NCBI RefSeq assembly: GCF_003704095.1 | Contig: NW_020845264.1 | Location: forward strand, 868,001 to 931,977 | Source of the DNA: Pocillopora damicornis | Taxonomy: Eukaryota | Reading direction: 5' to 3' | Length of the DNA stretch: 63,977 bases | Shown here: in pieces, positions 27,201-39,800 of the stretch | How the letters are laid out: every line of letters starts with the position of its first letter | How positions within the stretch are numbered: the stretch's first letter is position 1 | The notes under the pieces: generated by a model | Databases searched by the model: none | What the model was told of the DNA's origin: nothing | Seen by the model: the letters and a program-made list of their open reading frames with translations, nothing else | Made by a program: the position numbers and the translations under genes

Positions 27201-29327
27201 CTCTAAGGGCTTGAAGGTTAAAGAAATCATCTCATATTCTGAGATGACATTGAGGCTCTATATTTGTACCTCCTTTTAGAGTGAGACAGTTCCTCTTTTA
27301 ACTAATCAAAAGAAATACAAACCAGAAACAAATTAATAAAAGAGCTCATAGAGCAGTTGTTGTAAGTCTTAGTTCCTTGTTTCAAATTCAGCCCAGAAAT
27401 AAATATCAAAAGAGCATAAAGAGTAGTTGTAATAAGTTTAAGTTCCCTGTTTCAAGTTCAAGGAATTACTCAGTGTCTTTGCTAAGGGAATGCCACTGAT
27501 CATGCCATTAGTAAAGTAGTCCCTCATATTAACAGTATACCATAGGAAGGAACCTAACAGAGGCTGGTTTCCTTTCTGTTGTTAAAGGTCTTTGAAGGAG
27601 AGAGAGGAGTGACATCAGGCAACAATCTGCTTGGAAAATTTGAGCTGTCTGGCATTCCACCAGCCCCACGAGGAGTTCCACAGATTGAAGTGACTTATGA
27701 CATTGATGCAAATGGAATCTTGAATGTTTCAGCTGTTGACAAGAGCACTGGTCGTGAGAATAAGATCACCATCACCAACGACAAAGGCAGATTGTCCAAG
27801 GATGATATTGATCGCATGGTGCGTGAAGCTGAGAAGTACAAAGCTGAAGATGATTTGCAACGTGACAAAGTCCAGGCCAAGAACTCACTGGAGAGTTATG
27901 CATACCATATGAAGAGCACAGTGGAAGATGAAAAGGTGTGAACTTACTATGATTTTCAGTTGAGTCAGGGGTGAGATGGAAATTTGGCAACATGTATTGA
28001 CATTGAAATTGTGTTGTTGCCAAAGGCAATTGGTTCCATTTCCATCAGGTTCAATATGTCATTTGACTTCTTTTGGGGTTTTCACGTTTGATGGTTGGTG
28101 GCACACAGCTCTTGAGATTCATTTACCACTGCAAGTAAGGAGGGTTGTCCATGAAAACTCAGTTATTTAATAGTCAAAAGACTTATCACCAATTTTTTTC
28201 TGGGCTTCACTCAACTGAAAATTTACCTGAGTAAAATTAATGTAGTATGCATCAACACTTAAGTGTGTACTGATATACTACTTGATCTCAAACACATCAT
28301 TGGTCTTGCGTCATTTAAAAAATATAGGCATCTGCAGCATGCAAGAATTGTTTTTTTAGCTTGATATGTCAAGATAGAACAATTATTGTTCTTAATGTTT
28401 TCATAACTTTCAAAAGAACAAAAATCTTGCATTACTTTACTTAAAGAGAAAAAACACAATTTATCTAAACTTGCACAGGTATTTTGTGGTCTCATGTCTC
28501 TTTTATCCAAATACTTCTGAGAAAAAATAAAATGTATCAGTGCCTTGCTTACTGTAGTCTCCTTTGCAGCAGTTGTTTGGTCTTGTCACACAATACCCTC
28601 TATTCCTCATTTAGGAAAGAGCCATTGTGTGACGAGACCAAATAACAGTTGTTAAAGAGACTATGCTTACAGTCCTTCCTCTAACAGAAAGAAAACCAAT
28701 ATTATTCATCAACAGTTAGTCACCACAAAAATATAATTCCACATAATTTTACTGAGAAAAGCTGACTGAAACTGTTGTATCTCCGATAGACCCTAACCAA
28801 AGATATATTGCAATCTTGTATAAGGGAAAACGCACTGAGCAGGAGGAAAAGATAATATTTCAAAGAGGGCTCCTTGAATGGTTGCTGACTTTCTGGATTT
28901 TGCCCTGTGTGTGTGAAATAAGTGACAAAATGCAGGTTGTTTACAAGGAATTGACAAACAATTGGGTCATTTTTGTTGAAAATATCAGTTGAAGTCTGAG
29001 ATTTTTCCTTTTTAAGTTATTAATGTTTTTTATTTATAATTATTTCTTCAGGTGCGAGATAAGATCTCTGAAGATGACAGGAAAACAATTGTCGACAAGT
29101 GCAATGAAACTATTAGCTGGCTTGAAAGCAACCCTGATGCAAGTAAAGATGAATATGATAAGCGACAAAAAGAATTAGAGAGCATTTGTAATCCAGTGAT
29201 TACAAAGTTATACCAGGGTTCTGGAGGTGCCCCTCCTCCAGGGGCAGGAGGCTTTCCTCAGGGGGGTGGGGCTCCTACCTCTGACTCGGCTAGTTCTGGA
29301 GGACCAACCATTGAAGAAGTTGACTGA
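24264..29327 (+). CDS. HSPA8: Cytosolic heat shock cognate 70 (HSPA8/Hsc70-like); exons 24264-24468, 24543-24616, 24792-24866, 25287-25416, 25962-26800, 27588-27935, 29052-29327; 648 aa
   Basis: Hsp70 signatures [23 protein letters not shown] and [12 protein letters not shown], plus the cytosolic C-terminus GPTIEEVD. Seven exons join in frame (1947 nt). The introns suggest a cognate rather than an inducible hsp70. Strict orthology to HSPA8 is not established. Confidence 0.93.
26911..27010. other. Assembly gap (100 N) inside Hsc70 intron 5
   Basis: Run of N. Confidence 1.
28556..28663. mobile_element. Palindromic (hairpin) MITE in Hsc70 intron 6
   Basis: TAGTCTCCTTTGCAGCAGTTGTTTGGTCTTGTCACACAAT ... 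ATTGTGTGACGAGACCAAATAACAGTTGTTAAAGAGACTA form long imperfect inverted arms. Confidence 0.7.
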
Positions 29328-30129
29328 GGAAAATGTTGCCTGAGGAAGGAGATTTGTTCACTGAACTTTTTTAGATTAAATTGAGTTATTCAGTGTTTCC
29401 TGTATGCTTTAAGGTAAAGAGAGCTCAGATTGTTTGAAGTTTAATGTGGTGAAGCTCCAAGAGTAATGCATGAAAAAAGCGGAAAAAGCATTCCTTGAAA
29501 ACTAGATCAATCCTGTCTCATTTGTACACAAGTTTTGGAAACACCTTGTTTTGATCTCTGGTGGCTTAGTTAGGTATTGTAGCTTCTCTATTTGTTAAGG
29601 ACCATGACTGAAAACTTTTTGGCCTCAGAGTTAAAGAGCCATTCACTCGGAGTTAGGACTGGAACATTGGGATCCTCTGCTTAGCAGGAGCAATTTTGAT
29701 ATGGATTTTCTGAAAGTTGATTTCACAAGTTTGTAGTGTGTATTTTGTTAAACTGAGTAAGAGGGCGAGAGTTTGTCAGGTGTGTGGAACACCTTAAGTA
29801 TTCTGACAAATATTAAAACAAGATATGCAGCAAAGAAAAGAGGGGCTCAATCATAACATGCCTTACTTTGTGTTCATGTTTGTTTGTTGTGTGAGGGAGA
29901 AGTGGGTGGTGGTGGGGATAGAGATTTTACTTTGGGAGGGTCACAATCAACTAGCTTTGGTAAACGTTGTCTTCCATTTGATTTATTTTTGCATTCTATT
30001 TTAACAAAGATGAACCCTTAGTCACCAAAGAATGTATTCCATACCATAAACTGTACTTTTAAGGGTTTTTTTTCTCTCAAGGGATTTACACTGTTGATTA
30101 GGTTGTACGTGATCCCCACATACGTGCTA

Positions 30130-31930
30130 TTCCAGCAGTCCAGTTGTTCCCTTGTTCCAACCTTTCCTGAATATTCAATTATTTCTCCCAAACTCCGTCT
30201 TAGCAAAGTAGTATTTGGTTTACCTAAAACTGAGACAACACCTAGTCACGTTTTGGAGCTGGAAGTCGACTTCTTTTTGTGCTGATGCACCTCTTGTATA
30301 GCTCATAATTTGGTGGAGAACATAGGTGGCAATGATTCCCGAAAATTATGCGTGCCTCTTTATTGGTAAGTTTTACTTTGTTCGACCTAGCCTAGCGACC
30401 GTCATTTAAACTTGTGCTGTTACTCGATTGTTGTACGAAACTAGTATGTGACTGATAAACTAGTGACTATCGAAGACTCCCTCATTCTGTAAAGTCGTCG
30501 AATCCCGACTTAGATTACTGTTTAACAATCTTTAAGATCATCCATGAACCAAACAGTCGAATTGTTTTAAATCTGAACTACGACGTAGTAGTTTTTTTTT
30601 TTTTAGTTTTTTTTTTCTCGAGACGTGAGCTTGGGCCGCCTGTGATCTGAAAACCCTTATGCATGAAGTACGCTCCAGAGTTGCTGTTGGGAATGGGCTT
30701 GATAATTTTTGAATTACAGAGTAGTCACTGTCGTAAGATTTTCGTAAGTTTGAGCTTATTTGTCTGAAAGCTTGGCCAATTTTGTTTTAACTTAAAAAAG
30801 AGTGAATGTCTTAGTAGGTACACCGAACAACATACGCGCACGACAACGCAAATTTCGAAATCTCATTCAACACGATGAACAATCTTTCCGATGCGCTTTT
30901 GTTAAAATTGTCAAATTTGACATAACAAGAATCACCTCTGCAAATTTTTCGTTTGTTATGTTCCCTTAATATGAAAATTACAAATTTAATGACACGAGGA
31001 ATTAATACTAGCAGCTTGGGTAAGTACCCTTATATTTTTGGGCTTTCAAATTTTACTCCAGCAGTTTGTCGTTCCAGCAGTTCAGTTGTTCCACCGTTCA
31101 AACCTTTCCGGAATATTCAATTATCTTACCCAGTCCCCCTCTTAACGAAACAGCTTTTAGTTTCACTAAAACTGAGACAACACCTAGTCACGTTTTGGAG
31201 CTGAAAGTCGACTTCTATTTGTGCTGATTCACCTTTAGTACAGCTCATAATTTGTTGTAAAGGGTAGATGGTAGTGCAATGACTCCCGAAAAATATGCGT
31301 GTCTCTTTATTGGTAAGTTCTACTTTGTTCGACCTCGCTTATTGACCGTCGTTTAAACTCTGGCCCGGGATCCGATTATTCAGCGAAACTAGTATGTGAT
31401 TGCTAAACTAGTTACCTTCAAAGACTTCTTTAATTCCGTAGAGTCATCGAATCCCGACTCAGATGACTGTTAAAAACTCTTTAAGGTCATCCATGAAACA
31501 AACAGTCGAGTTGTTTTAAATCTGAAAACCCTTATAATAATTTACCTTGAAAAGTTGCAATTAGGGATAGGCTTGATAATTTTCGACTTATAGAGTAATT
31601 ACTGTGGTAAGGTTAAGCTTATTTGTATGAAAGCTTGGCTCATTTTTTGTTTTAACCTTAAAAGAGTGAATGTCCTAGCAGATACACCGAACAATACTCG
31701 CGCACGACGACGTAAATTTTGAAATCTTACTCATCACGATTTACAATCTTTCCCATGCAATATTTCCGCTTATGTCAAAATTATCAAATTTGACATAACA
31801 AGCAACATTTCTGAAAATTTTTCGCTTGTTGCGTTTTCCTGAAAATGAAAATCACAAACTTAACGACACAAGGAATTAATACTAGCACCTTGGGTAAGTA
31901 CCCTAAGATTTTTGGTCCCTCAAAATTTAT
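30130..31930. repeat. About 0.9-kb tandem segmental duplication carrying the first exon of the DegT-like gene; third partial copy at about 32500-32645
   Basis: Unit 1 (about 30130-31058) and unit 2 (about 31070-31930) align along their length, for example CTAAAACTGAGACAACACCTAGTCACGTTTTGGAGCTG, CTCTTTATTGGTAAGTT and GGAATTAATACTAGCA.CTTGGGTAAGTACCCT. Confidence 0.92.
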
Positions 31931-34900
31931 TATTGTCAGGCGTTTATCATACGATACCAAAGACTAACTAACGGCTGGCGTGTGTCTGACTAAATAAAAC
32001 ATCAAGGTTTTGTTTTAGTTAGATACTCTATTTGCTCAGTCAAGCATCAACCGTCAGTAAGTCCCACATCATTAAAAAGCGAAAATTCTTGTAAGTACAC
32101 TTACTACCATTCCTGAATAAATGCAGCCTCAAACGAGTACTCTTGATTTGGTAATCTTTGAAAAATTTTAAAGAAGTTGTTGTTCACTCGACTGAATTGT
32201 GACAGTTTCTCCAAAGTCCATTAAAAAGAGACCTGCATCTGAGAGTAACAAGATTGTTCAGTACTTACCACAAGTAAATGCTGCATATAAATTTTAACAA
32301 TAAATTTTGTCAGGTGTCATTTCCGCAAGCATACTGTATTTGTGCATTCAAGAGCTTCTTTTAGAAGCATGTGGGATCAATTGTGAAGGCCAGTCCTGAC
32401 TAATTGCCTCATCTATGATTCCCTAAATATTGCAATAAGGAGATTTAAGTTCCATAGAAGGGACTTTTGTGGATTTTGTTTCTTGGGATTTTCACTGTTT
32501 GTCTAGTTGTACTCCACATACCTATTATCCTTTCCAGCAGTTCAGCTGTTTCACCACTCCAGCCTTTCCTGAATATTTGTGTACTCTACTCAATATCACT
32601 TGTATACAAAGCTTTACTTGTTACCATAAAACTGAGACTGGTAGTGTAACTGAAAAAATAACATGGTATGTTCTTGTCCTAAATAGCCCTGAAGTCTTAA
32701 GCTTTGATAAAGAGGTTTTAAACAACAAAATAGATTTGTGGCTGGTATGGTAATGTTGAATAATAATTCTTGAGATGTTTGTGCCAGAAAATGTTTAATG
32801 TTTTGTTGTAGTTCCAGCCTACAGGTAATGCAGAACAGTTAACCCTATAACTTCCATGAGTGATCAAGACAGAATTTCTCCTTACTATATCACTACAATA
32901 TCAAGTAGACAAGAGATAAGAATAAAGGAAACTATAAATTAGGGGATTTTTAGTTGATCCAATACCAAATTATAAAAACTAACAATATGAGAATTGCATG
33001 GCAGTGAGTAAGGGGAATTACTGATGAGATCTTGGGAATGAAAGGGTTTGTCCCGCATGCAGCAATACATGACTGAGGTATAATAGGAGAGACAAAAGTA
33101 TCTTGAATATCATTGTCTTTTTTTTATTTTTTCTTCAGATGCAACATGGAAAGACATCATAGCTGCTTTCCGTTGTTCAGCTGTCAATAACAGCTCTCAA
33201 GAGAGAAAGCTTATTCAAGGCAAACTTGAAAAACTGTTTGGTGGCTCAGAACAATGGCTTGCATGCCTTTCAATTCGAACTGCTTTAGATGCATTCTTAA
33301 CTGTTATGAATTTTCCTCATGGATCAGAATTAATTTTCACTGCCATAAATATTCCAGATATGGTATCAGTAGTTGAAAGGCATGGCCTTAAGGTTGTACC
33401 AGTGGATTTAGATCTTGATTCACTAGCCCCCAAACCTGAACTTGTTGAACTTGCTGTAACAGATAAAACAGTGGCAATTTTGGCAGCTCACTTGTATGGG
33501 AAGTGGATCAATTTAGACAAAGTGTTCCAAGTGGCACATTCACATGGACTATATGTATTGGAAGATTGTGCTGAATCATTTCAAGGCCTGGGAAGAAAAG
33601 GCCACAAACTGTCTGATCTGACATTTTTCAGTTTTGGTTCAATCAAACATTACACCTCTTTTGGTGGGGCCATGGTCAGGGTGAAAAACTCACAGATTCT
33701 TTCAAAAATGAGAGCAAAGATACACGAATACCCAGTCCAAAACCAGTGGACCTACTTTAAGAAACTTTCTTGTTACTCTCTGTTAATGGCAGCTGTATTA
33801 AACAATTCACTGTCCAATTGGTTCTTGGTCAATTTGTTTCATCTAATGGGTTTCAAGTATAAGGAATATTTCATTTCCCTGCTGCGAGCATTTCCTGGTG
33901 GTATAAGTTTGGACAAACTTCGTCTTCAACCATCTGCTATGCTTTTGGAATTCATGTTATACCGGCTGAGTAGAGTGAAAAGTAAAGACTTCCGTATGAT
34001 CAAGTTAAAAGGAGATTTTGTGAGCAGTAATCTGCCAAGTAATGTGTTTGTACCTGGTCAAAGAGCAGACATAAAAAGTTATTGGTTGTTTCCCCTGATA
34101 GTGGTAAGTATGCAATGTTATGATGTGTCAGACCCCTTCCCTCTTCCTTTCTCACTTGGATTTAACCCTTTTCACCCTAAGATCAGTATGCATATTCTCC
34201 ATACTGTTCTCTACATACATTTTGTAGGGTGTTGACAAGGAAAATCTGTCTCACAATCAGAGCTTCTTTTGTTGGTGATCATTTTCTTATTCTCCTGACC
34301 TAAATGTATGATTCAGGGGTAATTGTGTAAGGAGGATTTACATGCTTGTCACTCTGGAAATTTTAGTAAAGCAGAAGCAGCATTTTCTGATATTACAGAA
34401 GGAAAACTCAGTTGACCATCAGCTTTAAACAGGAGAACATGCTTCTAATTGAAAAAAAAAGGTTTACAAAAAGGTTGTCAATTCTGATGATTCAACTGAA
34501 CCTTTTCTCCTCTGGGATCTGAATTTCAATTCTCGACACTGTCTATCACACAATTTTTACTACTTTTGCACTGGAAATTTGTTATTTTAGCAAACAATAT
34601 CATACAGTTGATATTTTTCTTTACATCTCACTGCTGCAAATTGTATTGATATAGAAATAAAAAATTACTTTCTCTTCATTCCTGAGAGTGAAGGGGTTAA
34701 GTGGCTAATAAATAGGAAAAGTACAGCCTGCCTGCCTGCCTGCAGAATGTAAACCTAGCCTGTCATTGTTTTTTCTCTTTACATCCTTACATCAATATCC
34801 ATATTTTCCATACTCTTCTCTAGATATTTTCTTTGTTACTGACAAGGAGAATTTGTCATCAACTCAAAGTTTCTTAGATTGGTGGCCATGTTTTCATTCT

Positions 34901-35519
34901 AACTCCTAGGAGACATTACTAGTGTATGCTGGTCACAGTTAGGGTTTGAAGGGTTAAAAGTTATTCAGAGAAACTAAATTCAAAAACATAATGCAAAATG
35001 TAAAGCAGTCCTTATCTGATTTTTTTTAAGGATGACCCAGATGAAGTTGTTACTGCACTTGAGAAGGAAGGTGTTGAGGCATACAGAGGCGCAACGCAAC
35101 TTTCCACTGTTTACAGAACAAAGCCTACTGCAGCAGACCAAAAAGACAAGGCTAAGATCAGGCAGGAAAATCAAACGGAAAAGCTCCTCTATTCTTTCTC
35201 AACATCTCAACCAGAAGTAGCTGCTGGTTCTGGTTCATCTAAAGGAAATGCTGCCAGCAGATACACTACAGAATTCATTTGCTCTGCACCAGTCAACACT
35301 GCAACCACAAAACACACCTTTAGCAAAGAAAAAGATGATGTGCTCTTTCCTCACAATGCCAAATACCTGATTGATCATGTGGTGTACCTGCCAGTGCACA
35401 AGAGAGTTTCATTTTGGTATCTTGAACATATATGTAATTCTGTGGAGAAAGTTATGAAAAACCGAGTAGGGGTCAAAATTGCCAATACCAGCAATGTGTT
35501 ATTTAAGTCCAAGTTGTAG
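31279..35519 (+). CDS. DegT/DnrJ/EryC1/StrS-family PLP-dependent aminotransferase-like enzyme with C-terminal PTS1 (-SKL); exons 31279-31312 (or duplicate 30332-30365), 33139-34103, 35031-35519; 495 aa
   Basis: Family motifs GLKVVPVDLD, AILAAHLYG, VLEDCAESF (PLP-binding Asp), FFSFGSIKHYTSFGGAM (Schiff-base Lys), YWLFP and VVYLPVH. Exon phases 1 and 0 are consistent. The protein ends FKSKL*. The choice of first exon is inferred. Confidence 0.85.
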
Positions 35520-36875
35520 ATTTCAGAAAATTTTATTTTATTATTTGAAGATGTACTATATTTCCTTGAATAAGGGCCCATGCTCTACTATTAGCCCTCT
35601 GCCCTGAATAAGTGCCCCCCCCCCTCCTGCTCCCTTGAAAGAGTTGGTATTTGTTTCATAATAGTTGTTATGTTTTTATGCAGAGGAGTAAACTTAAATA
35701 TGAATCAAAGATTGAGCTTTTTATCCATCATGAGATAGATAAGTAGTATCAACAAAATCACTATTAATGAATTATCTGCTATTTTCCAAGGTTTCTTAAA
35801 AATTATATTCATGGTAAGAAGTAAGAATTACAAAGGGAATAAGCAAGGATTATTTTAAAATGTTGAGTAATATATGCACCAGAGAGGAGAGACAAAAATG
35901 TCCTTTTTCTTATTATTGAAGTACCTCCTCAAAGTACAATGAATTAGTAAGTTTTAGTAATGTTTTCTTCATTGTTTTCCTTTTTTACATTCAGGTTCAC
36001 AATCCAGTGTTTCCTTTCTTTTAATTATTTATTAGCAAAATGAATCTAATAAACAGAAATCTCAAAATGATTAAAAATAACAATTGCTGTGAAGCCTCAG
36101 TACTTTTTTTGCTGTTTGTTGTGATCTCTTCTTGAATGTGACTTTTCCTTCATATCTTACTTTGAAACTTTAGTAGCATCTTTTGTGCTCCTCAAAATTG
36201 AATTTTGGCAGCCATTTTGGTAGCCAGTAATTAGTGCTATAGTCACCTGGCAGGAGGTGAGAGATGATGCAATCCTCAACCAATGAGAACACAAGAATCT
36301 CTGTAATCACTTGGGCAATTATGTTAATATTGTATAACTATTTTCTGAACAAATTCAGGTTGTTTTTGTGTAATTGCCAGTTACAATAAGAATACTATTA
36401 ACAGAACAAAGTGCATGAACATCACCACAGAAAGTTCCTGGAATGAACAGAAGTTTACAAAATGCTGAGGGGGTGGGGGGGGGGGGGGAGCAAGGCTCTA
36501 AGACCCTGCAGGGGAGCATGTGGGAAAGGATTGCAGCCCAGGTAACAAAAAAATCTAAGTTACAATGCTCCACATTTATTATAAATACAAGAAATCCATA
36601 CAAGATTGCATCTCAACATTTGGAAAGATACAAGGGAAAGGAAATAATCCTAGCACTCAGATTTGTACTGGGGGTGCCATATGTACAGTTATTATTGTTA
36701 ATAAAAAGTAAAAGACACTCTGAAGACCAAATTATAAATACAGCCTAGTTTAAAATGTACATCAAAATGGTCTAGAGACACTCGAGGACATGTTTTTGCT
36801 AACTGATTTTCTTCCAATGTACAGGATTAAATTTATTTCACAATCTCCCCACACACTATTGGTGTGATCCACCTG

Positions 36876-39800
36876 TTATCTAGTTGATTTGTTTGCCCTG
36901 TTAGGTGGTAGAGCTATCACTCTGCTCCGCAATGTCAAGTTAACCTCTCCACAGTTTGCTTCTGTTAGCAAGTTTAAAATGGAATTTTCAAGAACAGATT
37001 CCACCAATGACTCAAACTCTGGCAATCTGAAACACAAAGAGCGGTTATAAAGTGTTCAGTAAGGTTTGTCTTTTAGTTAAAAATGTGTGTTATCTTAGGG
37101 CACAGGGGGAGATCTGGAGAAGGGTAGCAGAGTGTGCACATCCCCTCCTCCCCCCGAGATGAATTGCAGCCTTCTAATAATACGATTAGTATTCTGTAAA
37201 GAAATTGTCTATTTCATTTGTCAGATATCTCATTCCTTAGTGGAAGCACGCCCCTTCTAAAAAAAAGAAAAATCCTGGATCCACCATAAATATTAGAGGA
37301 ACTAAATGCAAAAAAAACTATTTGTGTGAGGGAACAATTGTACAAACAAGAGTGATTGTAATTTTCTTGCTGCTAAAATGAACCACAATAAATGATATTC
37401 ACCTTGAGGATGACAACAAAAGTAACTGTTGTCAAAGTGTCATAAACATAGATGTCAGTACACAAAATAAAAAGAATAAAGTATCAGTTTTGTTCAAATG
37501 AGAACTGAGCTCTTGGGTGTGATTTCATAAAAAACTGCAGTAATGAGGGCATACTTTGTCAGGCTGTGATTGCAAAAAAGAAGAACATAGTAATGACAAA
37601 CCTTCGCACTGCCTGTCTTTGTACAGTGCTTCTTTCATGATCTCTGTCAGCATCTGTCAATCTATCAGCTATGGACAGCGATGACTCTGAATTATGCTGT
37701 ATAATCTGATGAGTTCTACTCATAACTCTCTCCTCTGTATTTTGATCCACAACAGCCTGTCATAGTACACAAATACAGCAGTTGGTATAATCTGTCTACA
37801 TGTAAAGTCACCTTCATTGGTGGCTTCATTTATTTAAAGCAACTGTTTATCAGCACCAAAATAAACTGACAGTGTGTTCTTATTTCCAGCTGACTATAAT
37901 GTCATTATAACAAAAATTGTTTTCCACATGTTACCTGTCTGTTGAAGGGAATTTGTTCCAGGTCACCTCCAAACTCACCATCCACAAGAGATTGGTCAGA
38001 ACTTTGACTACTGGCTGAGGAGGGCCTGGAGCTGGTGGTGTATTGGGTTTCACAAAGCTGTCTGAAGTAGGGCACAGGTTCCTGGTTGATCTCACTCATC
38101 CTCTGATAGAAATTGTCATCATCAAGAAGACCCCTTGAGGAACACACACCCACAAAAAAAAATAAAGCTTTAATACACACTCTTTAAAAGAGGCTGACGT
38201 ACAATGTACCTAAATATGCACTACATTGCCATATAAAAACCCTTCAATCTAGAAATGGATTAAACAATATTGCTATTAATAACATTATTTAAGGGAGCCC
38301 TGATTGAAAAGATTGCACATGTGAGATTTTCTCATACATATCAACATACTGATTTGACAGCATTAGAAGTATATATATATGCAGCATTCCTTTGTATGGC
38401 TTATCCCTTCAACTCTTAAGATCTGATTGTTAATTCTGCCCACCAACTGCTACACATTTCCTTGTGAATTTGCCATGAGAATCTGGTGCTAGATCAATAC
38501 AACAACTTCTACCCCATTCCTGATAAGTTTGCCTTTCTTATTACCTGTTTGCTGGATAATGTATGGATATAATAAGGTGAAATTACATGTTAATCACTTC
38601 TGGGAGTTAAAAGGGTTAATCATTGAGCAAACAATTAAAAAAGGGAGCCTTTACCTGAATATAACAGAGAGTACATCCTGGATAATCCCTATCTCATGTC
38701 TGGAGCAGGAAACTAAAGCAGACAGCTCTTCTCTCTCTTTGTCACCAGTCCCTTGTGATAATACATAATGTCTGCAAAGATTTAAGTCACTCTAATGAAA
38801 TCAACATTTCATGTGCTTAGAGACCCCACAAATAACAGCTTCAACATCTACCTTGATTTTCTGTATCAATTTACTTGCCACATCAACCACTACCCTCAAC
38901 CATCAACTAATTACTCCCTCTGACACTTTCCAAAAAGCAGGAGTCATTCTCTTCTTTTCTCTCTCTCTCTCTCTCCCTTCCTCTCTCTCTCTCTCTCTAT
39001 TCTCATTCATCATTTCATTTCTCTTCCTCTATCATCGTCCTTGGTGATCAACAATCCTTCCTCAGACTGCCTCTCATGTACATGACTATGAATATCTGCA
39101 GCCTTTTTCTAGATAGTGTAACTCTACAACACAAATACAGCTACTCACTGGTCAATCATAAATTTGTTGATTGCAGATGGGAAGTTGCTGTAATACTCTC
39201 CAATTGCATGAGTCCTTGCAGTGATTCCCAGATGGAGAAGGAAAGACTCTGGAGGTACAGGTTGGGGGGGTGTTTCTTGTCGATCATAGTTGCTTGTTTT
39301 TTTTCTTTTCGTTTCTTTGGGTGAACCAATTGGTGGCAAAGCCTGATATTTTTTCAAATCACCTTCAGAATGAGACACAGGTAGGTGAGGGTGGCTGATG
39401 GATTTAAGGTGTGGTCCAGAATGAGGTCTCTTTATATTATCTTCAGTTATTGTAAAAGTGTACTGTTTCTCTTCCTTCATGTTGGTCCAGTCAATCAGGA
39501 GCTGGTTGTACTCTGCCATCTCAGTTTCATCTACAATCTAAAATTCCAAAGACCTTAATTGTCAACTAAATAAATGGAAGAGCTTGGATTAAACAATAGC
39601 AAAGTAAAAACTGACAAACCTCGCATATTATATCCATATCATAAAGTGATGGTGTGCCACAGGAGAAGAAAGAGACCTAGAAGGTTTAAAGAACAATTAA
39701 GCTGAGCCTTGCTTCCTTTGAAAATACGACACAAATACCAAAGAGAGGTCCATACAATAAAATGTAATTCAGTGCATAATTGAAAGACTTAATATAATGA

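Noticed and set aside
32469-32753. The 94-aa ORF as the first exon of the DegT-like gene
   Set aside because: Its donor (TG|GTATG) is phase 2 while exon 33139 needs phase 1, and the segment is a third copy of the duplicated block.
33139-35519. Bacterial contamination explaining the DegT-like gene
   Set aside because: It has GT-AG introns containing host MITEs, host-like base composition, and is contiguous with animal genes.
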